Positions 41,069 through 44,240 of a stretch of DNA of 44,240 nucleotides are shown here, in pieces. The stretch covers positions 1 to 44,240 of the forward strand of contig JBMFSQ010000029.1 in assembly GCA_049967475.1 (NCBI GenBank), read 5' to 3'. The stretch is from Chthonomonadales bacterium (GTDB lineage: Bacteria > Armatimonadota > Chthonomonadetes > Chthonomonadales > CAJBBX01). The first letter of the stretch is position 1, and every line of letters starts with the position of its first letter. The notes under the pieces are model-generated. The model was not told the DNA's origin and did no database searches. It saw only the letters and a list, made by a program, of their open reading frames with translations. A program made the translations under genes and the position numbers.

Positions 41069-41718
41069 CTACGCGCCTCCCTGGAAAGCACCTGGAGCCC
41101 GGAATTCTTGGCGCGGGCATCGCGCATATCCTGCAGAAGGGGTAGGATGCGCGGATATGTGATGAACACCTGCAGCACATAATAGCTGAAGAGGCGGTCC
41201 TCGTCGGCTTTGGGGCCCGATTTGTTCTGTTCGCCCAGGGCCTTGCGCGCTTCAGTCACCGCCGCCCCAACCTGCTGCGGAGTGAGGATCCCACGGATGG
41301 CCTCCACCAGTGATTTGAGCGTGGCGGCATCCTCTTTGTCTCTCCTGGCGATGAACTCGGCCTGGATCTTCTTGACACGTTCGTCGAAGTCTTTGGGCAC
41401 CTCGCCCCCTGAAAGGAGCCGCCGCCGGGTCGCCTTAATCTGGGCGGCAATCTCTTTGATTGGAGGCACAGCGGCATCGGCGAGCTTCTTGTTGTAGTCC
41501 TGCTGAGCCTGTTGTATCGTCGGGATGAGCTTATCAATCTGCTCGGGTGTGAGGTTCAGCGGATTGAGCACGCGGAGCTTATCTATGTCATCTATGTCGT
41601 TGAAGAGGGCGACCACTTCCGGCGGAACGAACTGCGACTGGGCTTTGGCGCTCCGGGGCGCACCGGCCGCCAGCCACACTGCCGCAAAGGTTATCGCAGC
41701 GAACGAGAGCAGCTTCAT
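41065..41718 (-). CDS. Secreted hypothetical protein with two LTxxQ motifs (Spy/CpxP-like)
   Basis: SD AAGGAGG, a signal peptide, and 'LNLTPEQ' and 'ILTPQQ'. TATAAT upstream at 41764-41769. Confidence 0.7.
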   Translation of the reverse strand: MKLLSFAAITFAAVWLAAGAPRSAKAQSQFVPPEVVALFNDIDDIDKLRVLNPLNLTPEQIDKLIPTIQQAQQDYNKKLADAAVPPIKEIAAQIKATRRRLLSGGEVPKDFDERVKKIQAEFIARRDKEDAATLKSLVEAIRGILTPQQVGAAVTEARKALGEQNKSGPKADEDRLFSYYVLQVFITYPRILPLLQDMRDARAKNSGLQVLSREARR

Positions 41719-41792
41719 GGAAGGCACCTCCTTGCAATGGAAGCACGCCGCATCAGTACCCCTATTATATCCCCAGGACGTTCCGGCAACCA

Positions 41793-42878
41793 TCATTTGC
41801 GGAGCGAGCGTCGGGGGGCAGGGCCAAGCCGGCGTTTGATGGGGGCAGGAATTGAAACTGCGTTGGCGACGACCTGGCCCCGTACGGGGGTGCCCTGTTG
41901 GACTTTTCGGCCGCTCGCAACGTAACGGACGAACAGAGCAGGCAAGCCTATTGCGCCTGCGCCCAGCTTCGCGCGATCCTGCAAATGGAAGTGGATGTGC
42001 GGTTCCGATGAGTTGCCCGAATTTCCGCACAAGCCCAGCACCTGCCCCATCCGAACCCGCTGGCCTGCATGAACCCGGATGCTGCCGTTCCTGAAGTGGC
42101 AAAGCACGGCGTATTCGCTGTTGCCCAAATCCAGTACGACGTGGTTTCCATAGAGCTGTTGGGGGTTCATCACCCCGGGCGTGTTGTCCGGCACTCCGTC
42201 TACGGACAGGATCACGGTGCCGGGGGCAGGGGCAAGAACCGGCTGGCCCCAAGCATAATAATCGCTGTTTCGCTTGCCGTCACCCCGGTGGGTGGAACCC
42301 TGCTTCACGATGAGGAAGTCGTAGGCATGCCGTTGGTCCCGGGCATTTACATGGTAGTTCTGCTGGATCGTGTCTCCGCCCCAGAACACGTACCAGGAGC
42401 CTCGAAAGGGAAGCTGCAATCTGCTCTTCGTACGGTAGCCGGCCTTGGGGTCGGGGGGCAAGGCTCCTGCCGGGCGCAGGAATAGACCGGCGATGCGTCC
42501 CTCTTCGTCGAAAGATGCCTGTATCTGAAGCTGCCGATCGCCCCAGGAATGCAGCGACACGTAGACATCGAAATCCTGATAGCGGCTCACCTCGTCTCGG
42601 ATACGCGGGCCGATGGATGCGTAGGCTAGGATGTCCTTCAGGATTTGGGTGATGCGCTCTTCCGGCACAGCTTGGCGCATCTGCTGGTTGAAAAGCCTGT
42701 AGAGGCCGGGCCCATCCCCGTTCACACAGAACCCATCTATCCGGCGCCCCATCTCCAGCGCACGGGTTGCCCGGTCTCCCTGCACAGGCGCCTGTGCGAA
42801 GCCGGCGGACCCGAGTGCGGCGAGGATAAGGGCTAAGAGCATCCCAACGCACGGGCGGAAAGCCAACCATCGCGTCAC
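41793..42878 (-). CDS. M23 family metallopeptidase with an N-terminal DUF3887-like domain
   Basis: 'HAYDF', 'APAPG.V', 'YGN.V', 'GLCGNSGNSSEPHIHF' and 'FDEEGRIAGLF'. GTG 42878 follows GGGAGG. Confidence 0.85.
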   Translation of the reverse strand: MTRWLAFRPCVGMLLALILAALGSAGFAQAPVQGDRATRALEMGRRIDGFCVNGDGPGLYRLFNQQMRQAVPEERITQILKDILAYASIGPRIRDEVSRYQDFDVYVSLHSWGDRQLQIQASFDEEGRIAGLFLRPAGALPPDPKAGYRTKSRLQLPFRGSWYVFWGGDTIQQNYHVNARDQRHAYDFLIVKQGSTHRGDGKRNSDYYAWGQPVLAPAPGTVILSVDGVPDNTPGVMNPQQLYGNHVVLDLGNSEYAVLCHFRNGSIRVHAGQRVRMGQVLGLCGNSGNSSEPHIHFHLQDRAKLGAGAIGLPALFVRYVASGRKVQQGTPVRGQVVANAVSIPAPIKRRLGPAPRRSLRK

Positions 42879-42897
42879 GATCCTGACCCTCCCGAAA

Positions 42898-44187
42898 TCA
42901 AGGGGTGATGCGTTCCAGTCCATGCAGATACGGGCGCAGCACGGGGGGAACCGTTACGGAGCCGTCTGCGTTTTGGTAATTCTCCAGGATTGCGATGAGC
43001 GTGCGCGGCAGGGCAAGCCCCGATCCGTTCAGCGTGTGGACGAATTCCACACGGCCGGTTTCGTTACGGAAGCGTATCCCGGCACGACGTGCTTGGAAGT
43101 CGCGGAAGTTCGAACAGGAAGACACCTCGAGCCATTCGCCCTGACCGGGAGCGTCGCCGCACCCCGGCGCCCACACCTCAACGTCGTACTTGTCTGCCGC
43201 CGAGAAAGAGAGGTCGCCCGTACACATATGGACCACCCGGTGGGGCAATCCGAGGAGGCGGCACACGTCTTCGGCATCATTGAGCAGGGAAAGAAGCTCG
43301 GCGTCGGAAGCCTCCGGGCGTACAAACTTCACCATCTCCACCTTATCGAATTGGTGCCCGCGCTTGATGCCGCGCACATCCCTCCCGGCGGACATCTTTT
43401 CGCGGCGGAAGCAGGGGGTATAGGCTACGTACCGGATGGGGAGGGCTGCGGCATCCAGGATCTCGTCACGGTGAATATTCGTTACCGGCACCTCGGCTGT
43501 AGGGATCAGCCAGAGGTCCTCTTCAATATCCCGGTAGAGGTTGTCTCCGAATTTGGGCAGGTTCCCTGTTCCCACGAGGCACTCTCCTCGAACTAGGAAC
43601 GGGGGATACACTTCGGTATATCCGTGTTGCTTGATGTGCAGATCTAGGAACCAGGTGATGAGCGCGCGCTGGAGGGCGGCACCGGCGCCTTTCAGAATGT
43701 AGAAGCGCGATCCGCTGATCTTGACGCCGCGTTCTATATCCAGGATGCCGAGATATGCACCGATCTCCCAGTGCGGCTTGGGCTGGAAGGCAAACTGCCG
43801 CGGTTCTCCTTCTGTGCGTACCACTACGTTGTCGCGTTCGTCGCGGCCATAGGGAACTCCGGGGGCGGGCAAGTTGGGGAGGGTGAGCATCAGCTCGTGT
43901 TGCTTGGCCGCGACGGCATTCAACCGAGCTTCGGCGGCTGCAATCTTCTCGCCCACACGCCGCATCTCTTCCTTGAGGGCTTCCCGCTCCTGGGGATCCT
44001 TGGTAGCGCCTACGCGCTTGCTGCCGACATTGCGCTGATTGCGGAGAGCGCCTATTTCCGTTTCGATCTCTCGGCGCTGGGCATCGAGGTCGAGCACCTG
44101 GTCTACCAAGGCGGGGTCGGCGCCTACTTTTTGGAGGCCTTCCTTTACTGCATCAGGTTGCTCCCGGATGCGTCGGATATCGAGCAT
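42898..44187 (-). CDS. serS: Seryl-tRNA synthetase
   Basis: 'MLDIRRIRE', 'LIPTAEVP', 'FRRE', 'HQFDKVEMV', 'EVSSCSN..DFQARR' and 'HTLNGSGLA'. Confidence 0.97.
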   Translation of the reverse strand: MLDIRRIREQPDAVKEGLQKVGADPALVDQVLDLDAQRREIETEIGALRNQRNVGSKRVGATKDPQEREALKEEMRRVGEKIAAAEARLNAVAAKQHELMLTLPNLPAPGVPYGRDERDNVVVRTEGEPRQFAFQPKPHWEIGAYLGILDIERGVKISGSRFYILKGAGAALQRALITWFLDLHIKQHGYTEVYPPFLVRGECLVGTGNLPKFGDNLYRDIEEDLWLIPTAEVPVTNIHRDEILDAAALPIRYVAYTPCFRREKMSAGRDVRGIKRGHQFDKVEMVKFVRPEASDAELLSLLNDAEDVCRLLGLPHRVVHMCTGDLSFSAADKYDVEVWAPGCGDAPGQGEWLEVSSCSNFRDFQARRAGIRFRNETGRVEFVHTLNGSGLALPRTLIAILENYQNADGSVTVPPVLRPYLHGLERITP

Positions 44188-44240
44188 TGCGTGTACCTCG
44201 ATGAGTGGTTCGGATGTGCGGGCTAGCAGTTCTGCACGCC

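Noticed and set aside
44188..44240. T-box leader upstream of serS
   Set aside because: Only 53 nt are visible and no T-box consensus is present.

Overview
GC-rich bacterial chromosomal segment with about 41 densely packed CDSs. I saw no rRNA, tRNA, CRISPR array, transposase, integrase or prophage gene. The gene repertoire suggests a polysaccharide-using diderm such as Armatimonadota, but that is inference only. In order: a partial TldD/PmbA gene; an ECF sigma with a zinc anti-sigma; a TPR protein, a LarA-family racemase and two secreted glycoside hydrolases; an ADP-ribosylglycohydrolase with a Gfo/Idh/MocA oxidoreductase; queE-queC; a Tat-signal aldo/keto reductase, a sulfatase-like enzyme and a hemerythrin; hisG-ruvA; an O-methyltransferase and PHP phosphatase with cysC, divergent from cysH; an RND pump; a sugar-isomerase cluster (xylose isomerase-like, fucI, D-lyxose isomerase); clpS; a PhyH dioxygenase; a sigma factor; a sugar ABC transporter; an MFS transporter; an M23 peptidase; serS. 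The most striking item is a SigB/F/G-type sigma factor fused to a GGDEF domain that lacks the catalytic residues but keeps the RxxD I-site, so it is a candidate c-di-GMP-sensing sigma factor. Other oddities: a probable ATA start codon, a Thr-nucleophile 'sulfatase', a PHP phosphatase coupled to cysC, an Rrf2-like operator at cysH and an ECF autoregulatory promoter. All family calls come from motif recognition by eye; no searches were run.
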